DNA from: Mycobacteriales bacterium
GTDB taxonomy: Bacteria > Actinomycetota > Actinomycetes > BP-191
Reading direction: 5' to 3'
DNA length: 64,000 nt
Assembly: GCA_035536235.1 (NCBI GenBank)
Contig: DATLOQ010000004.1
Span: 26,922 to 90,921, forward strand
Positions within the stretch are counted from its first letter, which is position 1; every line of letters begins with the position of its first letter. The notes under the pieces are model-generated. The model was not told the origin of the DNA, did not search any database, and saw nothing but the letters and a program-made list of their open reading frames with translations. Below, piece by piece: positions 43,807 through 52,307 of this stretch. The position numbers were made by a program, and so were the translations under genes.

Positions 43807-46473
43807 GTGCGTCGTACCGGAGGTGCGGTGCTGGCTCCTCGGCCACTGGTTCGCCGACCACAGGGCCGCGGCCCGCGAGCCGCTCTGGGCGTCGCGCTGC
43901 TGATTCTCGGCGTCTGTGCCACCTCTGTCGGCGCGGTCGACGCGTGCGGCACCGGGCGGCCGCGTACCGACGGCTGGGAGCAGCTGGCGATTCCTGCGGG
44001 CTTCGGCCCGGACGGGATTGCTGACTACGCGGCGTCTCCGGACCGACCCGACCTGCTTCTCGCGACGGACGGCGCATCGGTCGCTCGATCGATCGACGGC
44101 GGGTGTGCCTGGACGCTCACGCTGACCCGCGGTGGTCTGATGGTGGCCGGCGTCCCGCTGCTCGTGGAGCGGGTGATCGACCTGCACGTCGCCGTCAGCC
44201 CCGGTGGTCGGAGCCGCCTCTACGTGCTGGGTGAGGTCGCGGTCGGCGACCTGACGCGCACCGGTGTGCTGGTCAGCGACGACGAGGGAGTGACCTGGCA
44301 GGAGGGCGGCGTCGGATTGCCGGTGATCTCCCAGGACGCGACGCTCACCACGTCACCGCTCGATGTCAACCTCTCGCTCGTCAGCTTGGTCGACGCCGCG
44401 CTGCGCACGCAGGCCGTCTACGCGAGCACCGACGCTGGACGCTCGTGGTCGCGTCGCACCCCGATCGTCGGCGCGGACTCGACGCCGCCCGCAATCCTGG
44501 CCGACCCCTCCGACACCAGTGTGGTGCATGGCTGGGGTACCTCCGGGGTGACCACTTCGCGCGACGGTGGGCGCTCTTTTACGGCGTCGGGCGCGATCAA
44601 CGGATCGGTGGCGGATCTCGCCACGAGCCGGCGCACCACGACCGGCAGCCGGCTCGTCGCTGCGGACGCGGAGACGCCGGCGCTGCACCGCAGTGACGAC
44701 GGCGGCGTGAGCTGGCGCACGGTCGTGCTGCCCATGACGGCGTCCTCAGTCGACACGCTCCCGCTCGCCGATGTCGTCGTGGCGGCCGGCGAAGGTGAGG
44801 TCGTCGCGGCGATTCGCGGCGTGCTCTTCGACGTGTCGCCTACTGGTGAGGCCGCCCAGGATGTCTCGATCAGCGCATCTGCCGCCGGATTGCGCGTTCT
44901 CGCCCGCTCCGGACCCGCGCTTCTCCGACGGGACCTGCTTCCGCGCGGTCGGGTCACGTCGGCGCTGCCCCGGATCGACCTGCGCGCGGCTGACGTCGTC
45001 GATGTGGTCGCCCCCACCCTGACGCCGCAGAACCTCGCTCTCAGCCTGCGCCCCGGGGAGATCCGGGACGTGCCTTACTCGCTGGCGTTGCCCGCTGCGC
45101 CCACCCCGCTCGACGTCTTCTTCCTGGTCGACACCACCGGGAGCATGGGCCCGGTCATCGCCGGCCTGCGCCGCGACATCCAGCAGATCATCAACGAGCT
45201 TGCTGCTGCCAGCATCGCTGCAGAGTTCGGGGTGGGGGAGTTCAAGGACTACCCGACGCCGCCGTACGGCTCCGGCGCGGACGTGCCCTATCGACTGCTG
45301 CGTCGCGTCGGACCCGTCGACCGAAGCCTCGTCGAGGCCATTGAGGCACTGCAGGCCGGCGGTGGCGGTGACATCCCCGAGTCAGCATTCACCGGGCTCT
45401 TCCAGGCCGCCACCGGCCTCGGTGACGGCTCCGTGGTGCCGCCGGGCCAGGACGCCGGCTTCCGGCCGGGAGCGCTTCGGGTCATCGTGAACGTCACCGA
45501 TGCCCGCTTCCATGCAGAGAGCGACTATCCCGGTCCGGGTCTCAACGAGACCGTGGCAGCGCTTCGGCGACGGTCCGTGCGCCAGGTGGGACTGTCGGTG
45601 GGCGGTGGGGGACGCAGCGACCTCGAGGACGTAGCGGTGGCGACCCGAGCATTCGCGCCAGCCGACGGGCTCGACTGCGATGGTGACGGCGACAAGGATC
45701 TCCCCGGCGGCGCGCCCCTGGTCTGCGATGTCGGGGACTCCGAGGGCTTGTTGCCGGTCGGCAACCCGGCGGACGGACTGCTGGGCGACACTCCCGTGCG
45801 GATCGCCCCCGCCATCGTCGGACTGCTGCGCTCGGTGCGGGACGAAGCCGCGGTCGAGCTGCAGACCCAACGTGACCGCCTCGCCCGCGTGATCGGACGC
45901 AACCGGGTCGAGCGGGTGGACGCCAAGCAGGACCGCGTGCTGCGGTTCGTCGTCCGCTACTCGTGCCCGCCGACCGGGCTGGCCGAAGACGCGATCGTGC
46001 CGCTGCGCGCAGTCAGCCGTGAGGCGGTGATTGCTCGCGCCTCGGCGGTGCTGCGGTGCCCACCGCCGCCCACCGTGCCCTTGCTCGACCGCTTGGACCT
46101 GCCACCCCGCGCGACCGCCCCCCTCGCTGCCCTCGTCGTCCTGGTCCCGCCGCTGCCGCCCCCGGCCCCGGTGTCGCAGGGGCAGCCCGACCCGCAGTCC
46201 AACTCCCAGCCCGAGTCCCAAGCGCAGGCACAGGCACAGGCTCAGCCACAGGTAGGCGTCGTGGCGGAGGAGCAGGACGAGGTGCAGGTCGCGGCCGTCG
46301 AGGTGCCCGCCGAGGGGCGGGGCGTCCAGGAGCTGGCGATGAGCGACGGAAGACGAGCCGACGACGACGTGGCCGTCGTCGCCCTGGGACTGGCTGCCGT
46401 GGCCATGTGCGGGGCGGCCACGATGTTCGCCGCGCGTCGGCGTACTGCTGGGACGAGCGTCCCGGTTCGTTAG
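43807..46473 (+). CDS. Membrane-anchored BNR/Asp-box beta-propeller + von Willebrand factor A protein
   Basis: GGAGG then GTG 43807. N-terminal TM. Five Asp-boxes (SIDGGCAW, SDDEGVTW, STDAGRSW, SRDGGRSF, SDDGGVSW). vWA MIDAS motif VDTTGSM. Pro- and QA-rich linker, C-terminal TM plus RRR. Confidence 0.7.
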   Translation: MRRTGGAVLAPRPLVRRPQGRGPRAALGVALLILGVCATSVGAVDACGTGRPRTDGWEQLAIPAGFGPDGIADYAASPDRPDLLLATDGASVARSIDGGCAWTLTLTRGGLMVAGVPLLVERVIDLHVAVSPGGRSRLYVLGEVAVGDLTRTGVLVSDDEGVTWQEGGVGLPVISQDATLTTSPLDVNLSLVSLVDAALRTQAVYASTDAGRSWSRRTPIVGADSTPPAILADPSDTSVVHGWGTSGVTTSRDGGRSFTASGAINGSVADLATSRRTTTGSRLVAADAETPALHRSDDGGVSWRTVVLPMTASSVDTLPLADVVVAAGEGEVVAAIRGVLFDVSPTGEAAQDVSISASAAGLRVLARSGPALLRRDLLPRGRVTSALPRIDLRAADVVDVVAPTLTPQNLALSLRPGEIRDVPYSLALPAAPTPLDVFFLVDTTGSMGPVIAGLRRDIQQIINELAAASIAAEFGVGEFKDYPTPPYGSGADVPYRLLRRVGPVDRSLVEAIEALQAGGGGDIPESAFTGLFQAATGLGDGSVVPPGQDAGFRPGALRVIVNVTDARFHAESDYPGPGLNETVAALRRRSVRQVGLSVGGGGRSDLEDVAVATRAFAPADGLDCDGDGDKDLPGGAPLVCDVGDSEGLLPVGNPADGLLGDTPVRIAPAIVGLLRSVRDEAAVELQTQRDRLARVIGRNRVERVDAKQDRVLRFVVRYSCPPTGLAEDAIVPLRAVSREAVIARASAVLRCPPPPTVPLLDRLDLPPRATAPLAALVVLVPPLPPPAPVSQGQPDPQSNSQPESQAQAQAQAQPQVGVVAEEQDEVQVAAVEVPAEGRGVQELAMSDGRRADDDVAVVALGLAAVAMCGAATMFAARRRTAGTSVPVR

Positions 46474-46487
46474 CGGCCGGCGGGTTC

Positions 46488-47714
46488 CTAGTCCTCGGGG
46501 GGAGTGAGCGGCTCGACGCCGGCGGCGAACGCGGTCGGGTCGTCGAGGTCGGCAGGCGTGGGCAGCAGATCCGGGTGCTGCCACACAGCGTCGCGCGCAT
46601 CGGGGCCGCGGGCGTGCCGCACGGCGGACCAGAGGGCGGCCGCCTCCCGCAGCCGCCGCGGCCGCAGCTCCAACCCGACCAGCGTGGCGAAGGTCTGCTC
46701 GGCCGGACCGCCGGTCGCCCGACGACGGCGCACGGTCTCGCTCAGCGCGTCAGCCGAGGGCAGGTTGGCGGAGGCGACCTCCACGACCTCGGCGACCCAT
46801 CCTTCGACGAGGGCGAGCGCGGTCTCGAGCCGCTCCAGTGCCGCCTGCTGCTCCGGGGTCGTCAGCGGTGAGAAGAGGCCCTCCCCGAGAGCCTGCTGAA
46901 GGCTCTCGGGGTTGGTCGGGTCGATCTCGGTCAGCGCTCGGCTGATCGCCTCGCCGTCGACGGCGATGCCTCGGGTATAGGAGTCGACCGCTGCGAGAAG
47001 ATGACCGCGTAGCCATGGCACGTGGGAGTAGAGCCGGTGGTGGGCCGCCTCTCGCAGGGCGACGAACAGACGCAGCTCCGCGTCGGGCACCTCGAGACCC
47101 TCGCCGAAAGCGCTGACGTTGCCGACCACCAGGGCGCCGAGACCCGCTGGACCCAGGGGCAGTCCGATGTCGCTCGAGGACAGCACTTCGCGCGAGAGCG
47201 CGCCGAGCGCCTGCCCCACCTGAGCGCCGAACATCATCCCGCCGACGGACCCGAGCAGGCCCAGCATCGGACCGGCCTGGGCGCGCACCTCCTCGGGAAG
47301 TCCGCCCGACATCGCTGCCGTCACGCGGCTCGCCACCGGGTCGCAGAGGGCGGTCCAGGTCGGTTGGGTGCGCTCGACCCACTGCACGCGGGTCCACGCT
47401 TCCACGGAGGTGACACCCGACGGGAGGGCGGTCGCCGCATCGAGCCAGACGTCGGCTAGGCGCAGCGCGTCCCGCACCTCGTCGGTCGCGCCGTCGGGCA
47501 GGGTGAAGTCGCTCTCCGCCGCCGCGGCGATCGCGATCTGGCGGGCCAGCTCCCAGTTGACCGGCCCCGACGAGGACAGCAGCTTCTGCAACTCGGCGAA
47601 GAGCGGGATCTTGCCGGCGACCTCAGCGGGGATGCCGCCGGGCATGCCGAACCCCGGGAACGGCACACTGCCCTGGGCGTCGTCGGGAGAGGGATCGGAG
47701 GAGGAATTCGCCAT
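46488..47714 (-). CDS. DUF2342-family zinc-dependent metalloprotease-like protein
   Basis: The N-terminal FAELQKLLSSSGPVNWELARQIA and the central LREAAHHRLYSHVPWL are characteristic of the actinobacterial family I recall as Rv3195-like. ATG 47714 (GTG 47723 is the alternative). Confidence 0.7.
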   Translation of the reverse strand: MANSSSDPSPDDAQGSVPFPGFGMPGGIPAEVAGKIPLFAELQKLLSSSGPVNWELARQIAIAAAAESDFTLPDGATDEVRDALRLADVWLDAATALPSGVTSVEAWTRVQWVERTQPTWTALCDPVASRVTAAMSGGLPEEVRAQAGPMLGLLGSVGGMMFGAQVGQALGALSREVLSSSDIGLPLGPAGLGALVVGNVSAFGEGLEVPDAELRLFVALREAAHHRLYSHVPWLRGHLLAAVDSYTRGIAVDGEAISRALTEIDPTNPESLQQALGEGLFSPLTTPEQQAALERLETALALVEGWVAEVVEVASANLPSADALSETVRRRRATGGPAEQTFATLVGLELRPRRLREAAALWSAVRHARGPDARDAVWQHPDLLPTPADLDDPTAFAAGVEPLTPPED

Positions 47715-47731
47715 GGCCCTCACGGTACGCG

Positions 47732-48202
47732 GTGCCCGCCCGACCGCTCTCCGCCTCCGTCGGTGAGAGGCTGGTCGATGTGACTGACCGGCTGCTCGAT
47801 GTGCGGAGTACCTCGCTGTCGGTCGACGAGTGCGTGGCAGCGGTGCGCCGTCCGTCGGCCGGCGGCATCGCTCTGTTCGTCGGCGTCGTGCGGGATTCTG
47901 ACCACGACCGCGCCGTGGTCGAGCTCGAGTACTCCGCGCACCCCGACGCGATAGCGGTGCTCGAGGCTGTCGCCGACCAGGTGACGCGCTCTCACCCGGC
48001 GGTGGTGGCGCTGGCTGCCGTGCACCGGGTCGGACTTCTGGCGGTGGGCGATCTCGCCGTGGTGGTGGCGGTGTCCTGCCCGCATCGGGCGGAGGCCTTC
48101 GCAGCCGCCCGTGACCTCATCGAGGCGCTGAAGGCGCAGGTGCCCATCTGGAAGCGTCAGCTGTTCGCCGATGGTGGCGTGGAGTGGGTGAACTGTGCCT
48201 GA
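47732..48202 (+). CDS. moaE: Molybdopterin synthase catalytic subunit MoaE
   Basis: GGIALFVGVVRD, LEYSAHP, VAVSCPHRAEAF and VPIWKRQ. The start is uncertain (GTG 47732 or GTG 47780). Confidence 0.8.
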   Translation: MPARPLSASVGERLVDVTDRLLDVRSTSLSVDECVAAVRRPSAGGIALFVGVVRDSDHDRAVVELEYSAHPDAIAVLEAVADQVTRSHPAVVALAAVHRVGLLAVGDLAVVVAVSCPHRAEAFAAARDLIEALKAQVPIWKRQLFADGGVEWVNCA

Positions 48203-48294
48203 CGGCTACACCTGGGGTCGACGGTCAGTGTTGCCAAACCCTGGGGGGCAGCGCTTATCCTGGCCCCTCCGTCCCGCTCCCCGAAGGTCGTGCT

Positions 48295-48489
48295 GTGCTC
48301 TTCCTGCTGCCCATCCCGGTGAGCCTGCTGCTCGCGATGATCTGGGTGTCGTGGCGCTCCCGCCCTCGGCGCCCCGCCGAGGCAGCAATCACTGTTGAGG
48401 CGTACCGCAAGGCGTTGGCCGTCCTCGCCGCCCCGGTGGAGCAGCGTCGTGCGCCGCAGTCAGAGCGCTCCCGCGAGCTCGTCAGCTAG
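48295..48489 (+). CDS. Small single-TM membrane protein (64 aa)
   Basis: GTG 48295, hydrophobic N-terminus LFLLPIPVSLLLAMIWVSW, high GC3. Confidence 0.4.
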   Translation: MLFLLPIPVSLLLAMIWVSWRSRPRRPAEAAITVEAYRKALAVLAAPVEQRRAPQSERSRELVS

Positions 48490-48514
48490 CTGCTTCGGTC
48501 GCTGCCGCACGAGG

Positions 48515-48691
48515 TCACCGCGGTGACACCGGGCTCGCCGCCGGCAGCCAGTCCGTGCTGACGCAGTAGGCCTGCCGGTCATCGGAGATGCCGACGCAGA
48601 ACTCGGCGGGGTCGGCAAGAGCGGGGGCAGCCAGTCCGAGCGCCATGGTGGTGGCGAAAGCGGTGGCGAGTACGGCGCGGGCGGCGGTCAC
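48515..48691 (-). CDS. Small secreted two-Cys peptide (58 aa precursor)
   Basis: The GTG start overlaps the stop of the upstream sigma-fusion gene (GTGA at 48688-48691). Signal peptide VTAARAVLATAFATTMALGLAAPALA, then DPAEFCVGISDDRQAYCVSTDWLPAASPVSPR. Confidence 0.45.
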   Translation of the reverse strand: MTAARAVLATAFATTMALGLAAPALADPAEFCVGISDDRQAYCVSTDWLPAASPVSPR

Positions 48692-49923
48692 TTCTGGGCT
48701 CCGATGCTGGGGACGTCGACGGGCGGGAGGGGGATTGCTTCTGGCACGCGGTACCTGGTCTGACCGCGGCTGCACTCGGTGAGTGGGGTCTGGGGGGTCA
48801 CGTCGCAGAAGCCGACGTAGTTGCTCCCGACACTCACGCGCTCGACACCTGTCGGGTTCTCCGGCAGGGCGGGCCCGATGTAGAGCATGTCGCCGCGAGC
48901 CTGCTTGCTTCCGACGCAGGTCCGCTTGCCGGTCGCCGTACTGCACGCAGTGGGCACTGCAGTCTGCAGTAGCGTGGCCGCTGTGCCGACCCGGCCGGGA
49001 CCCGCGTCGTACGTCGACGGGTTGAGGGCTCGATCCGCGGCACGCACGGCGCCGGACGGCGTGACGGGCTCGTTGAAGGTCTGCTGGGTGATTTGGTCGG
49101 GACCCAGCGCAGTCGACGGGGCGCGCCGATCCAGAGTGCCGAGGCCTCCACCGACGGTCATGCCCAGAGCCAACGCACCTGCGACGCTCATGGTGGCGAA
49201 GGCGGAGACGTTGCCCTTGACCGCCTGCCGGGCAGCTGTCCGCAGCCGGTTGAGGCCGCGCAGCGCGATGAGGCCCGGCGCGAGTGGCACGAGGCTGCGA
49301 AGGGGGAGGGTGCCGCCACGTACTGCGTACTCCTTGCGCAGCGCCCGTCGACCTCGGTGGAGCAAGGAACGGACCGCCGGCTCGGATATCGCGAAGCGCT
49401 CGGCGATGGCGTCGTAGTGCAGGCCCTCCACCTCGCGGGCCCACAGGATCGCAGCCTGGCGCTCAGGGATGGCTTCGAGGGCCTCCAGTGCGGTGCGCGC
49501 CTCAGCGCGGGCCACGACGATGTCTGCGGTGTCCCGGCCGACCCGCGAGTCCTCCGGCACCTCGGCGACCGCGATCGAGCGGCCCCGCACCCGGAGGCGG
49601 TCGATTGCCAGTCGCTGGCCGACCACGGTGGTCCACGCGACGAGCTCGTCCTCGGTGCCCAAGGTGTGCAGGTGCTGGTGAGCGCGCAGGAAGGTCTCCT
49701 GCGCGATCTCCTCCGCCTCGCCCGGATCCCCGAGCTTGCGCATGATCAGACGCCGCAGGCGAGGAGTCTGCTTGCGGACGAAGGCGTCGAAGTCGACCGG
49801 CGTGGTGAGCGCGTCTGGGTCGGGCACGATACGCAGCGGCGTGCGCGAGAGAAGCGCCTCGACGTCGACGGCCGTGTCAGTGAGCGCCACCGGGGCGACC
49901 GGGAGCTCGTACGGCGTGGACAT
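48688..49923 (-). CDS. ECF sigma factor fused to a TM segment and a Cys-containing extracytoplasmic domain
   Basis: Regions 2 and 4 (AEEIAQETFLRAHQHL; LHYDAIAERFAISEPAVRSLLHRGRRAL) run without a stop into a TM segment (VSAFATMSVAGALALGMTVGGG) and about 150 further residues with 4 Cys. Confidence 0.75.
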   Translation of the reverse strand: MSTPYELPVAPVALTDTAVDVEALLSRTPLRIVPDPDALTTPVDFDAFVRKQTPRLRRLIMRKLGDPGEAEEIAQETFLRAHQHLHTLGTEDELVAWTTVVGQRLAIDRLRVRGRSIAVAEVPEDSRVGRDTADIVVARAEARTALEALEAIPERQAAILWAREVEGLHYDAIAERFAISEPAVRSLLHRGRRALRKEYAVRGGTLPLRSLVPLAPGLIALRGLNRLRTAARQAVKGNVSAFATMSVAGALALGMTVGGGLGTLDRRAPSTALGPDQITQQTFNEPVTPSGAVRAADRALNPSTYDAGPGRVGTAATLLQTAVPTACSTATGKRTCVGSKQARGDMLYIGPALPENPTGVERVSVGSNYVGFCDVTPQTPLTECSRGQTRYRVPEAIPLPPVDVPSIGAQK

Positions 49924-50204
49924 GGGACCTCTTCCCACGGGGCTGGGGCCCGCTTGTCAACAAGAACGGATGAACCGCCAGAACATCGCGCGTACTCGGG
50001 CAAGCAGTGTGACCAATCCACTTCGTCCTGGATAGAGCAAATCCTGCCCCGGCGACCCGAAATGGCTCCTTTTGCCCGTCTGACTGTCTCGGCCGCCCAG
50101 TGCCACAGCCTGGAGGTCCGTCCGGCTCAAGCCTGAGCGCGCAGTTGCCGACGCCTGAGGGGACCGACCGACTTCTCGCTCACGTCTGCAGTGGAGGGTT
50201 CTCC

Positions 50205-50789
50205 GTGGAACACGTCGTCTTCTACACCGGCCTGGACAGCACGTCACAGTTTCGCCGCGTGCCCTCGCTGGATGAGGCCGTGCGCTTCGTCGAGAGCCTG
50301 CGCAACGGCGAAGGGGTCGACGACAGCGTGGTTTTCGCCATGACCCAGGTGCCGCTGCGGTTCCAGACCTACTACCGGGTCGAGCTGCCGACCGACGCCT
50401 CCTCCGCGGCGGCGGACACGGCGACGAAGCCGCCGGTCGAGCCGGCGCGAGACGAGCCAGCGCCCGCAGTCGAGCCGCCACCACTCACCGACGCGCTGAC
50501 CGCGGCGCCGGCGCCGGACCTCGGCACCGCTCCCGTGGCGCAGCCCCGCACGGAGGCGCCCGTCGAGGTCGAGGCTCCGGCCGCCGCGCCCGACGTCGTA
50601 CCCCCGCCGGTGGTCGAGAGCGTGCCCGAGCAGGTCTTCGAGCCGGCTCCCGAACCCACCGCAACCCCTGAGATGCCGGCCATCGAAGCGATCACCCCGG
50701 CACCGGTCCTGCCCGACGCGTCGGGTGATGTTGTCGAGCCCTCGGCCAACGGCAAGCCCAACCGGGGCTTGGGCTTCTTCGCTCGGTAG
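50205..50789 (+). CDS. Conserved hypothetical protein (small folded N-domain plus Pro/Ala/Glu-rich tail)
   Basis: GGAGGG SD then GTG 50205. The N-terminal roughly 75 aa look globular (VVFYTGLDSTSQFRRVPSLDEAVRFVESLRN); the remainder is PAE-rich. Confidence 0.5.
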   Translation: MEHVVFYTGLDSTSQFRRVPSLDEAVRFVESLRNGEGVDDSVVFAMTQVPLRFQTYYRVELPTDASSAAADTATKPPVEPARDEPAPAVEPPPLTDALTAAPAPDLGTAPVAQPRTEAPVEVEAPAAAPDVVPPPVVESVPEQVFEPAPEPTATPEMPAIEAITPAPVLPDASGDVVEPSANGKPNRGLGFFAR

Positions 50790-50814
50790 CTCTGACGGTC
50801 CACCCTCGGTGGCC

Positions 50815-51171
50815 TCAGCCGAGGCGACGTAGTCCGAGGTAGATGGCCCCGCCGACCCCACCGGCGATGGCCAGAGTGATCACCATGAGCATCAGCGCCG
50901 AGGTCGTCCGCCGCAGCGGGCGGATCTTCCGGTCCGGCTCGGTCGGACCGAGCGCGCCCAGCACGGTCGTTCCGTCGTACGACGCCTCGCGGCGTGGCTG
51001 CACGAGCACCGGTGGCCGGGCCGGGGGCTCGGACCGCGGCGGGTTCGCCTGCAGAGAAGCGTGCTGCCCGGTGGCAGGCACTGGGTGAGGAGGCCGATCG
51101 GGGGCACTGATCTCGCGCAGGACGACGCAGGCCGCGGCGAGGACAACCACCGCGGTTGCCAGCACCTCCAT
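50815..51171 (-). CDS. Two-TM membrane protein
   Basis: Hydrophobic helices at both termini with a Pro-rich loop between them. Confidence 0.45.
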   Translation of the reverse strand: MEVLATAVVVLAAACVVLREISAPDRPPHPVPATGQHASLQANPPRSEPPARPPVLVQPRREASYDGTTVLGALGPTEPDRKIRPLRRTTSALMLMVITLAIAGGVGGAIYLGLRRLG

Positions 51172-51243
51172 GCGCGCTCCTGATGGGGACGGGCGGCGCC
51201 CGCGAACCAGGCCAGGCTAGCGGTGCCGGGTTAGGCTCGGGCA

Positions 51244-52284
51244 ATGGCGCGGCGCGGCAGGACCCTTGGTGTCGCGACGGCGTTGGCGGTCGGGCTCGGC
51301 GTGGTCGGTGCGCAGATCCCCGTGCCGTACGTCGGGCTGGGGCCCGGCCCGGTCTTCGACACGCTAGGCACGGTCTCACCCGGTGACGCCGGCGCGGAGG
51401 CGATCATCACCATCACCGGCGTGAGGACCTACCCCGCGGACGGCCGGCTCGACCTGACCACGGTGTCCGTCTTCGGTGCGGGCCGTCAACAGCTGGACCT
51501 GGGCACGGCGCTTCGCTACTGGCTCGACCGCGACTTCGCCGTCGTACCCAGCGAGATTCTCTTTCCGGAGGACAAGAGCCCCGAGGAGGTCGACGCCGAG
51601 ACCGCCAAGGAGATGGAGGAGTCCCAGCAGTCCGCGGTGACGGCAGCGCTGCGCGAGCTCAACATCCCGGCCAAGACCACCATCGTCGTACGCGAGGTCG
51701 GTGCGGGCACCCCGGCGGAGGGGGTGCTGCGCGAGGACGACGTCCTCACCGCGATCGACGGCACCGCAGTCGCCAGTGCCGAGCAGCTGCGGGCGCTGCT
51801 GCGCACCCGCAAGCCGGGAGCGGGTGTGCGGGTGACCTACCGGCGTGGTGGGGCGACGACGACCGCCGTGTTGCGCACAGTGTCTTCCGGAGACGCGGAG
51901 AACCGGCCGATCATCGGAGTGGACCTGCGCGAAGAAGCCGAGTACCCGTTCACCGTGATGCTCAAGACCGACGACGTCGGCGGACCCAGCGCGGGGCTGA
52001 TGTTCGCGCTCGGCATCATCGAGCAGCTGACCCCCGGCAGTCTCACGGGCGGGGTCCACGTCGCCGGCACAGGCACGATCACCGATGAGGGGGTGGTGGG
52101 TCCGATCGGCGGCATCCAGCAGAAGCTGATCGCTGCGCGTCGGGCCGGAGCTCGCCACTTCCTGGTGCCGGCCGGCAACTTCGCGGACGCAACTGCAACG
52201 GGACCCGACGGGCTGAAGCTGCACAAGATCGCCACGCTCGACGACGCGCTCGAAGCCCTGCAGGGGATCAAGGCCGCCGGGTGA
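51244..52284 (+). CDS. PDZ domain-containing Lon-like (S16) serine protease, YlbL family
   Basis: N-terminal TM, PDZ domain (GVLREDDVLTAIDG), and the Lon catalytic region GGPSAGLMFALGI plus a Lys region (IGGIQQKL). Confidence 0.85.
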   Translation: MARRGRTLGVATALAVGLGVVGAQIPVPYVGLGPGPVFDTLGTVSPGDAGAEAIITITGVRTYPADGRLDLTTVSVFGAGRQQLDLGTALRYWLDRDFAVVPSEILFPEDKSPEEVDAETAKEMEESQQSAVTAALRELNIPAKTTIVVREVGAGTPAEGVLREDDVLTAIDGTAVASAEQLRALLRTRKPGAGVRVTYRRGGATTTAVLRTVSSGDAENRPIIGVDLREEAEYPFTVMLKTDDVGGPSAGLMFALGIIEQLTPGSLTGGVHVAGTGTITDEGVVGPIGGIQQKLIAARRAGARHFLVPAGNFADATATGPDGLKLHKIATLDDALEALQGIKAAG

Positions 52285-52307
52285 CCTGGCGCCCATAGAC
52301 TCCGCCC

